From the IMG/VR virus record IMGVR_UViG_2548876861_000004, positions 1-17,495 of that record: a stretch of DNA of 17,495 bases. The stretch is one strand, 5' to 3'. This DNA is from a virus. Its lineage: Duplodnaviria > Heunggongvirae > Uroviricota > Caudoviricetes. A program made the translations under genes and the position numbers. The notes under the pieces were generated by a model. The model ran no database searches, was not told where the DNA came from, and worked only from the letters and a program-made list of their open reading frames with translations. Within the stretch, counting starts at the first letter, position 1, and each line of letters opens with the position of its first letter. Below are positions 16,358 to 17,495 of the stretch, in pieces.

Positions 16358-16368
<11 letters not shown>
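14863..16368 (-). CDS. C: Prohead protease C (S49/ClpP-like N-terminal domain) with expanded C-terminal scaffold-like region
   Basis: 501 aa. ...NLSHIIAAAFNEPLLLEPAYARVFFCALG and ...DSPGG.AAGAFDCAD...KPVWAL.ND...RRLVTQT.R.GSIGVMM match lambda gpC (439 aa). The start is GTG (plus-strand CAC at 16366-16368) with an AGGAG SD about 10 nt upstream; it overlaps the B stop by 11 nt. Confidence 0.9.
14929..15432 (-). repeat. Tandem in-frame repeats (about 3.3 copies of a ~50-aa module) in the C/Nu3 C-terminal region
   Basis: Protein-level repeats: RVMGILTCQEAKGREQLATMLAGQQGMSVAQARAILAAA / RIMACEEANGREQLAATLAAMPEMTVEKARPILAAS / QIMALDEAKGAEAQAEQLAACPGMTVESARAVLAAG / partial ERIMANH. Matching DNA motifs (GTTCACGNCCNTTCGCTTC) recur at about 150-nt spacing. 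The copies are diverged. Confidence 0.7.

Positions 16369-17495
<1,127 letters not shown>

Overview
The window is a contiguous late (structural) gene block of a lambda-like siphovirus, most likely a prophage in an enterobacterial genome, with every gene on the minus strand. Read 5'->3' on the minus strand (high to low coordinate) the order is: portal B (partial) - protease C (with a nested Nu3-like scaffold frame) - D - E - FI - FII - Z - U - V - G/G-T (programmed -1 frameshift) - H - M - L - K - I - J - lom - stf (partial). This is the same synteny as phage lambda, and the proteins are recognisably lambda orthologues from recalled sequence, not from a database search. I see no tRNA, CRISPR array, IS element or obviously foreign defence or toxin cassette, so I do not think this window holds a novel system. 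The points worth a second look are modest: (1) an unusually long I-J intergenic spacer of about 246 nt carrying two strong hairpins and a 31-codon ORF; (2) a tandem expansion of a ~50-aa module in the C-terminal scaffold part of C/Nu3; (3) a J C-terminus that diverges from lambda, implying a different receptor; (4) a perfect 20-bp palindrome between D and E; (5) the lom cargo gene bracketed by terminator-like hairpins. All long plus-strand ORFs in the track are antisense artefacts of GC-rich coding sequence. Hairpin coordinates were read by eye and may be off by 1-2 nt.
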